Positions 40,101-56,300 of a stretch of 64,000 nucleotides of DNA are shown one piece after another (the first letter of the stretch is position 1; the number at the start of each line of letters is the position of its first letter). The notes below the pieces were generated by a model. That model was not told the DNA's origin. It saw only the letters and a program-made list of their open reading frames with translations, and did no database searches. The stretch is from the human T2T-CHM13v2.0 reference genome, Homo sapiens. Made by a program: the position numbers and the translations under genes. Location of the stretch: NCBI GenBank assembly GCA_009914755.4, contig CP086569.2, forward strand, positions 30,880,001 through 30,944,000, read 5' to 3'.

Positions 40101-42672
40101 ATGGAATCGAAATGAATGGAGTGTTATGGAACGGACTCAAAAGGAATTGAATGTAATAGAATGGAGTGGAGTGGACTCGAATATAATGGACTGGAATGGA
40201 ATGAAATCACATGGAATGGGAACGAATGGAATGGAATGGAAAGGAATGGAATCGAATGGAAAGGAATCGAATGGAAGGGAATGAAATTGAATCAACAGGA
40301 ATGGAAGGGAATAGAATAGACGGTAATGGAATGGACTCGAATAGAATGGACACGAATGCTCAAATTAAATGGACTCGAATGGAATGGAAACGAAAAGAAT
40401 GTCATCGAATGGAATTGAATCGATTGGAATGAAATCGCATAGAATGGAGTGGAATCAAATGGAATTGAATCGAAAGGAAAGGAAGCGAATGGACTGAAAT
40501 GAAATGGAATGGAATTGAATGGAAAGTAATGCAATGGAATAGAATGGAACGAAATTTCACGGAATGGAATCAAACTGAATGGAATCAAATCAATGGAATC
40601 AAATCAAATGGAATGGAAAGGAATTGAATGGAGTAGATTGGATTGGATGGGATTGGAATGAAATGTACTGGAAAGGACTCGAATTTCATGAAACGGAATG
40701 GAATGAATTGGAACGGAATGGACTCGAATGGAATGGAATGTCATGGAATGGCATCAAATGGAATGGCATCAAATGGAATGGAATCGAATGCAATGGAATG
40801 CTATGGAATGGAATGGAATGCATTGGAATGGAATGTCCTCTAATGGAATGGATTCGAGTGGAATGGAATCGAATATAATGGAGTCGAATGAAATGGAATT
40901 GAAAGGAATGGGATCGAATACAATGGAATATACTGGAATGTAATGTAATGAACTCGAATGTAATTGACTGGAATGGAATGTACATGAATGGAATGTAATC
41001 GAATGGAAAGTAATCCAATGGAATAGAATCTAATGCAATAAAATCGACTCAGATAGAGTAGAATGTAATGGAATGGAGTGCAGTGCAATGGAATGGAATG
41101 GAATGGAAAGCAATGGAATGGAATGGAATGGAATGGACTGGAATGGAATGGGATGGAATGGTATGGAATGGATAGTAATGGACTGGAGTGAAATGGACTG
41201 GAAAAGAATGGACTCAAATTGAAAGGGCTCGAAAGGAATGGAGTCAAATGGAATGGTCTGGAATGGAATGAACACGAATGTAATGCAATCCAATAGAATG
41301 GAATCGAATGGCATGGAATATAAAGAAATGGAATCGAAGAGAATGGAAACAAATGGAATGGAATTGAATGGAATGGAATTGAATGGAATGGGAAGGAATG
41401 GAGTGAAATTGTATGCAGTAGAAGAGAATAGAATGGAATGCAAGCGAAAGGAAAGGAATGGATTGCAATGGAATGGAATTCATTGGAATGGAAGGGAATG
41501 TAGTGTAATGGACAGGCCTGGAATAAAGTGGAATGCTACGGTCTCGAATGGAATAAAAATGTATGGAATGGAATGCAATGAAACGGAATCGAATGTCATA
41601 GAATGTAATGGAATGCAACAAAATGGAATCCAAAATCATTGACTGGAAAGGCTGGGTGTCGAAAGGAATTGACTCCAATGGAATGGAATCGAATGGAATG
41701 GAAGTGAATAGAATCGAACTAAATCGAATGGAATGGAATTGATAGGAACGGAATGGAAAGGAATGCAATGATTTGGCATGGAATGGAATCGAATGGCATC
41801 GAATGGAATGGAATGGAATGCAATGTAATGGAATGTATTAGAATGTAATGAACATTAATGGAATGTACTCGAATGGATTCGACTGGAATGGAATGTTCTG
41901 GAAGTGAATGCACTCCAATGGAATGGATTCGAAAGGAATGGAATCGAACGCAATGGAATCTAATGGAATGGAATTAAATGGAAATGAATCAAATTGAATA
42001 GCACGGAATTGAATTGAATGGAATCGAATGCAATGGAATCTAATGAAACGGAAAGGAAAGGAATGGAATGGAATGGAATGGGCTGGAATGGAAAGGAATC
42101 GAAACGAATGGAATGGAATCGAACTGAAGAGACTGGAATGGAATGCACTGGAATGGAAGGGATTGTAATGGAAGGTTCTCGAAAATAATGGAAGCAAATG
42201 GAATGGAATTGAATGGAACGGAATAGAGTCGAATGGAATTGAATGGAATGGAATGGACTAGAGTGAAATGGAATCGAACCACAAGGAATGGACAGGAATA
42301 GAATGGTCTCGAATTGAATGGAATCGTATGGAATGGCATCAAACGGAATGGAATGGACAGCCACGGAATGGAATGCACTCGAATGCAATGGAGTCGAAAC
42401 TTATGGACTGGAATAGAATGGACTCGACTGGTACGGACTCCAATGGAATGGAATCGAATGGAAGGGATTCGAACGGAATGGACTCGAAGGGAAAAGACTG
42501 CAATGGAAAGGTCTCGAATGGAATGGAAATTAATGGAATGGAATGGAATCGAATGAAATGGAGTCAAAAGGAATGGAATCGAATGGCAAGAAATCGAATG
42601 TAATGGAATCGCAAGGAATTGATGTGAACGGAACGGAATGGAATGGAATCCAAAGGAATGGAATAGAATGGA
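37116..42672 (+). repeat. HOR unit 11 (5557 bp composite: 11a is 37116–~39232, truncated; 11b is ~39233–42672). Paralogue of composite unit 6.
   Basis: Same variant landmark as unit 6. Same hybrid junction string 'ggctcgaaaggaatggagacaaatggaatggaatggaacagagagc' at ~39221–39266, i.e. unit 6 junction +19772. Same extra GGCC at 39612–39615. Canonical GGCC at 41515–41518. Confidence 0.75.
39212..39252. other. Second copy of the same junction (unit 11), exactly 19772 bp downstream
   Basis: An identical hybrid string 'ggaatggagacaaatggaatggaatggaacagagagcaatggtatag' is present. Confidence 0.7.
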
Positions 42673-45600
42673 ATGGAATCGAATGGAAAGGACTCGAATG
42701 GAAATCACTCGAATAGAATGAAATTTAATAAAATAGGATCAAATGTAATGGAATGGAATGGAAAGGAATCGAAACGAAAGGAATGGAGACAGATGGAATG
42801 GAATGGAACAGAGAGCAATGGTATAGAATGGAATGGAATCATCTGGAATGGAATTGAATGGAATGGAATAATATGAAATGGAATGGAATGGAATGGAATG
42901 GAATGCCCTTGAATTAAATGGACTGGAATGGAATGGACTCGAACAGAGTGGAATGGAAAGTGTTGAGATAGAATGGAATGGACTCCTTTGGAATGGTGTA
43001 GTATGCAATGCAATCGACTGGCAGGGAATCAAAAGGAATGTAATCGAATGGATTGGACTGGAATGCAATGGACTCGAATCGATTGGAAACGGAATGCAAA
43101 GGAATGGAATGGAATAGTATGGAATGGAATGGAAAGGAATGGAGTGGAATAGACTAGAGTGGAATGGAATGGACTGGAAAGCAATGGACTGGAATGGAAC
43201 TTTCTTGAATGGACTGGAATCAAACGGAATGGAATGCAATGCAATCAAATGGCATGGAATAAAATAGAATGAAAGAGAATCAAATGGAATTGAATCGAAT
43301 GGAATCGAATGGATTGGAAAGGAATAGAATGGAATGGAATGGAATTGACTCAAATGGAATGGACTAGAATGGAATGGATTCGAATGATAGGCAAAGGAAT
43401 GGAATCTATTGGAATGGACTGTAATGGAATGGAATGGAAGGGATTGGAATGGACTCGAATGGAATGGACTGCAATAGAAAGGATTCGAATGGAATGAAAA
43501 AGAATTGAATGGAATAGAACAGAATGGAATCAAATCGAATGAAATGGAATGGAATAGAAAGGAATGGAATGAAATGGAATGGAAAGGATTCGAATGGAAT
43601 GCAATCGAATGGAATGGAATCGAACGGAATGGAATAAAATGGAAGAAAACTGGCAAGAAATGGAATCGAAATGAATGGAGTGTTATGGAACGGACTCAAA
43701 AGGAATTGAATGTAATAGAATGGAGTGGAGTGGACTCGAATATAATGGACTGGAATGGAATGAAATCACATGGAATGGGAACGAATGGAATGGAATGGAA
43801 AGGAATGGAATCGAATGGAAAGGAATCGAATGGAAGGGAATGAAATTGAATCAACAGGAATGGAAGGGAATAGAATAGACGGTAATGGAATGGACTCGAA
43901 TAGAATGGACACGAATGCTCAAATTGAATGGACTCGAATGGAATGGAAACGAAAGGAATGTCATCGAATGGAATTGAATCGATTGGAATGAAATCGCATA
44001 GAATGGAGTGGAATCAAATGGAATTGAATCGAAAGGAAAGGAAGCGAATGGACTGAAATGAAATGGAATGGAATTGAATGGAAAGTAATGCAATGGAATA
44101 GAATGGAACGAAATTTCACGGAATGGAATCAAACTGAATGGAATCAAATCAATGGAATCTAATCAAATGGAATGGAAAGGAATTGAATGGAGTGGATTGG
44201 ATTGGATGGGATTGGAATGATATGTACTGGAAAGGACTCGAATTTCATGAAACGGAATGGAATGAATTGGAACGGAATGGACTCGAATGGAATGGAATGT
44301 CATGGAATGGCATCAAATGGAATGGCATCAAATGGAATGGAATCGAATGCAATGGAATGTTATGGAATGGAATGGAATGCATTGGAATGGAATGTCCTCT
44401 AATGGAATGGATTCGAGTGGAATGGAATCGAATATAATGGAGTCGAATGAAATGGAATTGAAAGGAATGGGATCGAATACAATGGAATATACTGGAATGT
44501 AATGTAATGAACTCGAATGTAATTGACTGGAATGGAATGTACATGAACGGAATGTAATCGAATGGAAAGCAATCCAATGGAATAGAATCTAATGCAATAA
44601 AACCGACTCAGATAGAGTAGAATGTAATGGAATGGAGTGCAGTGCAATGGAATGGAATGGAATGGAATGCAATGGAATGGAATGGAATGGAATGGAATGG
44701 AATGGAATGGAATGGAATGGGATGGAATGGTATGGAATGGATAGTAATGGACTGGAGTGAAATGGACTGGAAAGGAATGGACTCAAATTGAAAGGGCTCG
44801 AAAGGAATGGAGTCAAATGGAATGGTCTGGAATGGAATGAACACGAATGTAATGCAATCCAATAGAATGGAATCGAATGGCATGGAATATAAAGAAATGG
44901 AATCGAAGAGAATGGAAACAAATGGAATGGAATTGAATGGAATGGAATTGAATGGAATGGGAACGAATGGAGTGAAATTGTATGCAGTAGAAGGGAATAG
45001 AATGGAATGCAAGCGAAAGGAAAGGAATGGATTGGAATGGAATGGAATTCATTGGAATGGAAGGGAATGTAGTGTAATGGACAGGCCTGGAATAAAGTGG
45101 AATGCTACGGTCTCGAATGGAATAAAAATGTATGGAATGGAATGCAATGAAACGGAATCGAATGTCATAGAATGTAATGGAATGCAACAAAATGGAATCC
45201 AAAATCATTGACTGGAAAGGCTGGGTGTCGAAAGGAATTGACTCCAATGGAATGGAATCGAATGGAATGGAAGTGAATAGAATCGAACTAAATCGAATGG
45301 AATGGAATTGATAGGAACGGAATGGAAAGGAATGCAATGATTTGGCATGGAATGGAATCGAATGGCATCGAATGGAATGGAATGGAATGCAATGGAATGG
45401 AATGTATTAGAATGGAATGAACTTTAATGGAATGTACTCGAATGGATTCGACTGGAATGGAATGTTCTGAAAGTGAATGGACTCCAATGGAATGGATTCA
45501 AAAGGAATGGAATCGTACGGAATGGAATCTAATGGAATGGAATTAAATGGAAGTGAATCAAATTCAATAGCACGGAATTGAATTGAATGGAATGGAATGC

Positions 45601-46241
45601 AATGGAATCTAATGAAACGGAAAGGAAAGGAATGGAATGGAATGGAATGGGCTGGAATGGAAAGGAATCGAAACGAATGGAATGGAATCGAACTGAAGAG
45701 ACTGGAATGGAATGCACTGGAATGGAAGGGAGTGTAATGGAAGGTTCTCGAAAAAAATGGAATCGAATGGAATGGAATTGAATGGAACGGAATAGAGTCG
45801 AATGGAATTGAATGGAATGGAATGGACTAGAGTGAAATGGATTCGAACCACAAGGAATGGACAGGAATAGAATGGTCTCGAATTGAATGGAATCGTATGG
45901 AATGGCATCAAACGGAATGGAATGGACAGCCACGGAATGGAATGCACTCGAATGCAATGGAGTCGAAACTAATGGACTGGAATAGAATGGACTCGACTGG
46001 TACGGACTCCAATGGAATGGAATCGAATGGAAGGGAATCGAACGGAATGGACTCGAAGGGAAAAGACTGCAATGGAAAGGTCTCGAATGGAATGGAAATT
46101 AATGGAATGGAATGGAATCGAATGAAATGGAGTCAAAAGGAATGGAATCGAATGGCAAGAAATCGAATGTAATGGAATCGCAAGGAATTGATGTGAACGG
46201 AACGGAATGGAATGGAATCCAAAGGAATGGAATAGAATGGA
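42673..46241 (+). repeat. HOR unit 12 (3569 bp, variant A)
   Basis: Landmarks at 42673 and 46242. GGCC at 45084–45087. Its 3' ~1.6 kb matches the 3' end of unit 6b at offset 23331. Confidence 0.85.
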
Positions 46242-49200
46242 ATGGAATCGAATGGAAAGGACTCGAATGGAAATCACTCGAATAGAATGCAATTTAATAA
46301 AATAGGATCAAATGTAATGGAATGGAATGGAAAGGAATCGAAACGAAAGGAATGGAGACAGATGGAATGGAATGGAACAGAGAGCAATGGTATAGAATGG
46401 AATGGAATCATCTGGAATGGAATTGAATGGAATGGAATAATATGAAATGGAATGGAATGGAATGGAATGGAATGCCCTTGAATTAAATGGACTGGAATGG
46501 AATGGACTCGAACAGAGTGGAATGGAAAGTGTTGAGATAGAATGGAATGGACTCCTTTGGAATGGTGTAGTATGCAATGCAATCGACTGGCAGGGAATCA
46601 AAAGGAATGTAATCGAATGGATTGGACTGGAATGCAATGGACTCGAATAGATTGGAAACGGAATGCAAAGGAATGGAATGGAATAGTATGGAATGGAATG
46701 GAAAGGAATGGAGTGGAATAGACTAGAGTGGAATGGAATGGACTGGAAAGCAATGGACTGGAATGGAACTTTCTTGAATGGACTGGAATCAAACGGAATG
46801 GAATGCAATGCAATCAAATGGCATGGAATAAAATAGAATGAAAGAGAATCAAATGGAATTGAATCGAATGGAATCGAATGGATTGGAAAGGAATAGAATG
46901 GAATGGAATGGAATTGACTCAAATGGAATGGACTAGAATGGAATGGATTCGAATGGAAGGCAAAGGAATGGAATCTATTGGAATGGACTGTAATGGAATG
47001 GAATGGAAGGGATTGGAATGGACTCGAATGGAATGGACTGCAATAGAAAGGATTCGAATGGAATGAAAAAGAATTGAATGGAATAGAACAGAATGGAATC
47101 AAATCGAATGAAATGGAATGGAATAGAAAGGAATGGAATGAAATGGAATGGAAAGGATTCGAATGGAATGCAATCGAATGGAATGGAATCGAACGGAATG
47201 GAATAAAATGGAAGAAAACTGGCAAGAAATGGAATCGAAATGAATGGAGTGTTATGGAACGGAGTCAAAAGGAATTGAATGTAATAGAATGGAGTGGAGT
47301 GGACTCGAATATAATGGACTGGAATGGAATGAAATCACATGGAATGGGAACGAATGGAATGGAATGGAAAGGAATGGAATCGAATGGAAAGGAATCGAAT
47401 GGAAGGGAATGAAATTGAATCAACAGGAATGGAAGGGAATAGAATAGACTGTAATGGAATGGACTCGAATAGAATGGACACGAATGCTCAAATTGAATGG
47501 ACTCGAATGGAATGGAAACGAAAGGAATGTCATCGAATGGAATTGAATCGATTGGAATGAAATCGCATAGAATGGAGTGGAATCAAATGGAATTGAATCG
47601 AAAGGAAAGGAAGCGAATGGACTGAAATGAAATGGAATGGAATTGAATGGAAAGTAATGCAATGGAATAGAATGGAACGAAATTTCACGGAATGGAATCA
47701 AACTGAATGGAATCAAATCAATGGAATCAAATCAAATGGAATGGAAAGGAATTGAATGGAGTAGATTGGATTGGATGGGATTGGAATGAAATGTACTGGA
47801 AAGGACTCGAATTTCATGAAACGGAATGGAATGAATTGGAACGGAATGGACTCGAATGGAATGGAATGTCATGGAATGGCATCAAATGGAATGGAATCAA
47901 ATGGAATGGAATCGAATGCAATGGAATGCTATGGAATGGAATGGAATGCATTGGAATGGAATGTCCTCTAATGGAATGGATTCGAGTGGAATGGAATCGA
48001 ATATAATGGAGTCGAATGAAATGGAATTGAAAGGAATGGGATCGAATACAATGGAATATACTGGAATGTAATGTAATGAACTCGAATGTAATTGACTGGA
48101 ATGGAATGTACATGAATGGAATGTAATCGAATGGAAAGTAATCCAATGGAATAGAATCTAATGCAATAAAATCGACTCAGATAGAGTAGAATGTAATGGA
48201 ATGGAGTACAGTGCAATGGAATGGAATGGAATGGAATGCAATTGAATGGAATGGAATGGAATGGAATGCAATGGAATGGGATGGAATGGTATGGAATGGA
48301 TAGTAATGGACTGGAGTGAAATGGACTGGAAAGGAATGGACTCAAATTCAAAGGGCTCGAAAGGAATGGAGTCAAATGGAATGGTCTGGAATGGAATGAA
48401 CACGAATGTAATGCAATCCAATAGAATGGAATCGAATGGCATGGAATATAAAGAAATGGAATCGAAGAGAATGGAAACAAATGGAATGGAATTGAATGGA
48501 ATGTAATTGAATGGAATGGGAATGAATGGAGTGAAATTGTATGCAGTAGAAGGGAATAGAATGGAATGCAAGCGAAAGGAAAGGAATGGATTGGAATGGA
48601 ATGGAATTCATTGGAATGGAAGGGAATGTAGTGTAATGGACAGGCCTGGAATAAAGTGGAATGCTACGGTCTCGAATGGAATAAAAATGTATGGAATGGA
48701 ATGCAATGAAACGGAATCGAATGTCATAGAATGTAATGGAATGCAAAAAAATGGAATCCAAAATCATTGACTGGAAAGGCTGGGTGTCGAAAGGAATTGA
48801 CTCCAATGGAATGGAATCGAATGGAATGGAAGTGAATAGAATCGAACTAAATCGAATGGAATGGAATTGATAGGAACGGAATGGAAAGGAATGCAATGAT
48901 TTGGCATGGAATGGAATCGAATGGCATCGAATGGAATGGAATGGAATGCAATGGAATGGAATGTATTAGAATGGAATGAACTTTAATGGAATGTACTCGA
49001 ATGGATTCGACTGGAATGGAATGTTCTGGAAGTGAATGGACTCCAATGGAATGGATTCAAAAGGAATGGAATCGTACGGAATGGAATCTAATGGAATGAA
49101 ATTAAATGGAAATGAATCAAATTGAATAGCACGGAATTGAATTGAATGGAATGGAATGCAATGGAATCTAATGAAACGGAAAGGAAAGGAATGGAATGGA

Positions 49201-49800
49201 ATGGAATGGGCTGGAATGGAAAGGAATCGAAACGAATGGAATGGAATCGAACTGAAGAGACTGGAATGGAATGCACTGGAATGGAAGGGAGTGTAATGGA
49301 AGGTTCTCGAAAAAAATGGAATCGAATGGAATGGAATTGAATGGAACGGAATAGAGTCGAATGGAATGGAATGGAATGGAATGGACTAGAGTGAAATGGA
49401 ATCGAACCACAAGGAATGGACAGGAATAGAATGGTCTCGAATTGAATGGGATCGTATGGAATGGCATCAAACGGAATGGAATGGACAGCCACGGAATGGA
49501 ATGCACTCGAATGCAATGGAGTCGAAACTAATGGACTGGAATAGAATGGACTCGACTGGTACGGACTCCAATGGAATGGAATCGAATGGAAGGGAATCGA
49601 ACGGAATGGACTCGAAGGGAAAAGACTGCAATGGAAAGGTCTCGAATGGAATGGAAATTAATGGAATGGAATGGAATCGAATGAAATGGAGTCAAAAGGA
49701 ATGGAATCGAATGGCAAGAAATCGAATGTAATGGAATCGCAAGGAATTGATGTGAACGGAACGGAATGGAATGGAATCCAAAGGAATGGAATAGAATGGA
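46242..49800 (+). repeat. HOR unit 13 (3559 bp, variant A)
   Basis: Landmarks at 46242 and 49801. GGCC at 48643–48646. Matches unit 7 (offset 23331). Confidence 0.85.
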
Positions 49801-52800
49801 ATGGAATCGAATGGAAAGGACTCGAATGGAAATCACTCGAATAGAATGCAATTTAATAAAATAGGATCAAATGTAATGGAATGGAATGGAAAGGAATCGA
49901 AACGAAAGGAATGGAGACAGATGGAATGGAATGGAACAGAGAGCAATGGTATAGAATGGAATGGAATCATCTGGAATGGAATTGAATGGAATGGAATAAT
50001 ATGAAATGGAATGGAATGGAATGGAATGGAATGCCCTTGAATTAAATGGACTGGACTCGAACAGAGTGGAATGGAAAGTGTTGAGATAGAATGGAATGGA
50101 CTCCTTTGGAATGGTGTAGTATGTAATGCAATCGACTGGCAGGGAATCAAAAGGAATGTAATCGAATGGATTGGACTGGAATGCAATGGACTCGAATAGA
50201 TTGGAAACGGAATGCAAAGGAATGGAATGGAATAGTATGGAATGCAATGGAAAGGAATGGAGTGGAATAGACTAGAGTGGAATGGAATGGACTGGAAAGC
50301 AATGGACTGGAATGGAACTTTCTTGAATGGACTGGAATCAAACGGAATGGAATGCAATGCAATCAAATGGCATGGAATAAAATAGAATGAAAGAGAATCA
50401 AATGGAATTGAATCGAATGGAATCGAATGGATTGGAAAGGAATAGAATGGAATGGAATGGAATTGACTCAAATGGAATGGACTAGAATGGAATGGATTCG
50501 AATGGAAGGCAAAGGAATGGAATCTATTGGAATGGACTGTAATGGAATGGAATGGAAGGGATTGGAATGGACTCGAATGGAATGGACTGCAATAGAAAGG
50601 ATTCGAATGGAATGAAAAAGAATTGAATGGAATAGAACAGAATGGAATCAAATCGAATGAAATGGAATGGAATAGAAAGGAATGGAATGAAATGGAATGG
50701 AAAGGATTCGAATGGAATGCAATCGAATGGAATGGAATCGAACGGAATGGAATAAAATGGAAGAAAACTGGCAAGAAATGGAATCGAAATGAATGGAGTG
50801 TTATGGAACGGAGTCAAAAGGAATTGAATGTAATAGAATGGAGTGGAGTGGACTCGAATATAATGGACTGGAATGGAATGAAATCACATGGAATGGGAAC
50901 GAATGGAATGGAATGGAAAGGAATGGAATCGAATGGAAAGGAATCGAATGGAAGGGAATGAAATTGAATCAACAGGAATGGAAGGGAATAGAATAGATGG
51001 TAATGGAATGGACTCGAATAGAATGGACACGAATGCTCAAATTGAATGGACTCGAATGGAATGGAAACGAAAGGAATGTCATCGAATGGAATTGAATCGA
51101 TTGGAATGAAATCGCATAGAATGGAGTGGAATCAAATGGAATTGAATCGAAAGGAAAGGAAGCGAATGGACTGAAATGAAATGGAATGGAATTGAATGGA
51201 AAGTAATGCAATGGAATAGAATGGAACGAAATTTCACGGAATGGAATCAAACTGAATGGAATCAAATCAATGGAATCAAATCAAATGGAATGGAAAGGAA
51301 TTGAATGGAGTAGATTGGATTGGATGGGATTGGAATGAAATGTACTGGAAAGGACTCGAATTTCATGAAACGGAATGGAATGAATTGGAACGGAATGGAC
51401 TCGAATGGAATGGAATGTCATGGAATGGCATCAAATGGAATGGAATCAAATGGAATGGAATCGAATGCAATGGAATGCTATGGAATGGAATGGAATGCAT
51501 TGGAATGGAATGTCCTCTAATGGAATGGATTCGAGTGGAATGGAATCGAATATAATGGAGTCGAATGAAATGGAATTGAAAGGAATGGGATCGAATACAA
51601 TGGAATATACTGGAATGTAATGTAATGAACTCGAATGTAATTGACTGGAATGGAATGTACATGAATGGAATGTAATCGAATGGAAAGTAATCCAATGGAA
51701 TAGAATCTAATGCAATAAAATCGACTCAGATAGAGTAGAATGTAATGGAATGGAGTGCAGTGCAATGGAATGGAATGGAATGGAATGCAATGAAATGGAA
51801 TGGAATGGAATGGAATGGAATGGAATGGGATGGAATGGTATGGAATGGATAGTAATGGACTGGAGTGAAATGGACTGGAAAGGAATGGACTCAAATTGAA
51901 AGGGCTCGAAAGGAATGGAGTCAAATGGAATGGTCTGGAATGGAATGAACACGAATGTAATGCAATCCAATAGAATGGAATCGAATGGCATGGAATATAA
52001 AGAAATGGAATCGAAGAGAATGGAAACAAATGGAATGGAATTGAATGGAATGGAATTGAATGGAATGGGAATGAATGGAGTGAAATTGTATGCAGTAGAA
52101 GGGAATAGAATGGAATGCAAGCGAAAGGAAAGGAATGGATTGGAATGGAATGGAATTCATTGGAATGGAAGGGAATGTAGTGTAATGGACAGGCCTGGAA
52201 TAAAGTGGAATGCTACGGTCTCGAATGGAATAAAAATGTATGGAATGGAATGCAATGAAACGGAATCGAATGTCATAGAATGTAATGGAATGCAAAAAAA
52301 TGGAATCCAAAATCATTGACTGGAAAGGCTGGGTGTCGAAAGGAATTGACTCCAATGGAATGGAATCGAATGGAATGGAAGTGAATAGAATCGAACTAAA
52401 TCGAATGGAATGGAATTGATAGGAACGGAATGGAAAGGAATGCAATGATTTGGCATGGAATGGAATCGAATGGCATCGAATGGAATGGAATGGAATGCAA
52501 TGGAATGGAATGTATTAGAATGTAATGAACTTTAATGGAATGTACTCGAATGGATTCGACTGGAATGGAATGTTCTGGAAGTGAATGGACTCCAATGGAA
52601 TGGATTCAAAAGGAATGGAATCGTACGGAATGGAATCTAATGGAATGGAATTAAATGGAAATGAATCAAATTGAATAGCACGGAATTGAATTGAATGGAA
52701 TGGAATGCAATGGAATCTAATGAAATGGAAAGGAAAGGAATGGAATGGAATGGAATGGGCTGGAATGGAAAGGAATCGAAACGAATGGAATGGAATCGAA

Positions 52801-53349
52801 CTGAAGAGACTGGAATGGAATGCACTGGAATGGAAGGGAGTGTAATGGAAGGTTCTCGACAAAAATGGAATCGAATGGAATGGAATTGAATGGAACGGAA
52901 TAGAGTCGAATGGAATTGAATGGAATGGAATGGACTAGAGTGAAATGGAATCGAACCACAAGGAATGGACAGGAATAGAATGGTCTCGAATTGAATGGAA
53001 TCGTATGGAATGGCATCAAACGGAATGGAATGGACAGCCACGGAATGGAATGCACTCGAATGCAATGGAGTCGAAACTAATGGACTGGAATAGAATGGAC
53101 TCGACTGGTACGGACTCCAATGGAATGGAATCGAATGGAAGGGAATCGAACAGAATGGACTCGAAGGGAAAAGACTGCAATGGAAAGGTCTCGAATGGAA
53201 TGGAAATTAATGGAATGGAATGGAATCGAATGAAATGGAGTCAAAAGGAATGGAATCGAATGGCAAGAAATCGAATGTAATGGAATCGCAAGGAATTGAT
53301 GTGAACGGAACGGAATGGAATGGAATCCAAAGGAATGGAATAGAATGGA
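49801..53349 (+). repeat. HOR unit 14 (3549 bp, variant A')
   Basis: Landmarks at 49801 and 53350. GGCC at 52192–52195. Confidence 0.85.
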
Positions 53350-56300
53350 ATGGAATCGAATGGAAAGGACTCGAATGGAAATCACTCGAATAGAATGCAA
53401 TTTAATAAAATAGGATCAAATGTAATGGAATGGAATGGAAAGGAATCGAAACGAAAGGAATGGAGACAGATGGAATGGAATGGAACAGAGAGCAATGGTA
53501 TAGAATGGAATGGAATCATCTGGAATGGAATTGAATGGAATGGAATAATATGAAATGGAATGGAATGGAATGCCCTTGAATTAAATGGACTGGACTCGAA
53601 TAGAGTGGAATGGAAAGTTTTGAGATAGAATGGAATGGACCCCTTTGGAATGGTCTAGTATGCAATGCAATCGACTGGCAGGGAATCAAAAGGAATGTAA
53701 TCGAATGGATTGGACTGGAAAGCAATGGACTCGAATAGATTGGAAACGGAATGCAAAGGAATGGAATGGAATAGTATGGAATGGAATGGAAGGGAATGGA
53801 GTGGAATAGACTAGAGTGGAATGGAATGGACTGGAAAGCAATGGACTGGAATCGAACATTCTTGAATGGACTGGAATCAAACGGAATGGAATGCAATGCA
53901 ATCAAATGGCATGGAATAAAATAGAATGAAAGAGAATCAAATGGAATTGAATCGAATGGAATCGAATGGATTGGAAAGGAATAGAATGGAATGGAATGGA
54001 ATTGACTCAAATGGAATGGACTAGAATGGAATGGATTCGAATGGAAGGCAAAGGAATGGAATCTATTGGAATGGACTGTAATGGAATGGAATGGAAGGGA
54101 TTGGAATGGACTCGAATGGAATGGACTGCAATAGAAAGGATTCGAATGGAATGAAAAAGAATTGAATGGAATAGAACAGAATGGAATCAAATCGAATGAA
54201 ATGGAATGGAATAGAAAGGAATGGAATGAAATGGAATGGAAAGGATTCGAATGGAATGCAATCGAATGGAATGGAATCGAACGGAATGGAATAAAATGGA
54301 AGAAAACAGGCAAGAAATGGAATCGAAAGGAATGGAGTGTTATGGAACGGACTCAAAAGGAATTGAATGTAATAGAATGGAGTGGAGTGGACTCGAATAT
54401 AATGGACTGGAATGGAATGAAATCACATGGAATGGGAACGAATGGAATGGAATGGAAAGGAATGGAATCGAATGGAAAGGAATCGAATGGAAGGGAATGA
54501 AATTGAATCAACAGGAATGGAAGGGAATAGAATAGACGGTAATGGAATGGACTCGAATAGAATGGACACGAATGCTCAAATTGAATGGACTCGAATGGAA
54601 TGGAAACGAAAGGAATGTCATCGAATGGAATTGAATCGATTGGAATGAAATCGCATAGAATGGAGTGGAATCAAATGGAATTGAATCGAAAGGAAAGGAA
54701 GCGAATGGACTGAAATGAAATGGAATGGAATTGAATGGAAAGTAATGCAATGGAATAGAAGGGAACGAAATTTCACGGAATGGAATCAAACTGAATGGAA
54801 TCAAATCAATGGAATCAAATCAAATGGAATGGAAAGGAATTGAATGGAGTAGATTGGATTGCATGGGATTGGAATGAAATGTACTGGAAAGGACTCGAAT
54901 TTCATGAAACGGAATGGAATGAATTGGAACGGAATGGACTCGAATGGAATGGAATGTCATGGAATGGCATCAAATGGAATGGCATCAAATGGAATGGAAT
55001 CGAATGCAATGGAATGCTATGGAATGGAATTGAATGCATTGGAATGGAATGTCCTCTAATGGAATGGATTCGAGTGGAATGGAATCGAATATAATGGAGT
55101 CGAATGAAATGGAATTGAAAGGAATGGGATCGAATACAATGGAATATACTGGAATGTAATGTAATGAACACGAATGTAACTGACTGGAATGGAATGTACA
55201 TGAATGGAATGTAATCGAAAGGAAAGTAATCCAATGGAATAGAATCTAATGCAATAAAATCGACTCAGATAGAGTAGAATGTAATGGAATGGAGTGCAGT
55301 GCAATGCAATGGAATGGAATGGAATGCAATGGAATGGAATGGAATGGAATGGAATGGAATGGAATGGAATGGAATGGGATGGAATGGTATGGAATGGATA
55401 GTAATGGACTGGAGTGAAATGGACTGGAAAGGAATGGACTCAAATTGAAAGGGCTCGAAAGGAATGGAGTCAAATGGAATGGTCTGGAATGGAATGAACA
55501 CGAATGTAATGCAATCCAATAGAATGGAATCGAATGGCATGGAATATAAAGAAATGGAATCGAAGAGAATGGAAACAAATGGAATGGAATTGAATGGAAT
55601 GGGAACGAATGGAGTGAAATTGTATGCAGTAGAAGGGAATAGAATGGAATGCAAGCGAAAGGAAAGGAATGGATTGGAATGGAATGGAATTCATTGGAAT
55701 GGAAGGGAATGTAGTGTAATGGACAGGCCTGGAATAAAGTGGAATGCTACGGTCTCGAATGGAATAAAAATGTATGGAATGGAATGCAATGAAACGGAAT
55801 CGAATGTCATAGAATGTAATGGAATGCAAAAAAATGGAATCCAAAATCATTGACTGGAAAGGCTGGGTGTCGAAAGGAATTGACTCCAATGGAATGGAAT
55901 CGAATGGAGTGGAAGTGAATAGAATCGAACTAAATCGAATGGAATGGAATTGATAGGAACGGAATGGAAAGGAATGCAATGATTTGGCACGGAATGGAAT
56001 CGAATGGCATCGAATGGAATGGAATGGAATGCAATGGAATGGAACGTATTAGAATGTAATGAACTTTAATGGAATGTACTCGAATGGATTCGACTGGAAT
56101 GGAATGTTCTGGAAGTGAATGGACTCCAATGGAATGGATTCAAAAGGAATGGAATCGTACGGAATGGAATCTAATGGAATGGAATTAAATGGAAATGAAT
56201 CAAATTGAATAGCATGGAATTGAATTGAATGGAATCGAATGCAATGGAATCTAATGAAACGGAAAGGAAAGGAATGGAATGGAATGGAATGGGCTGGAAT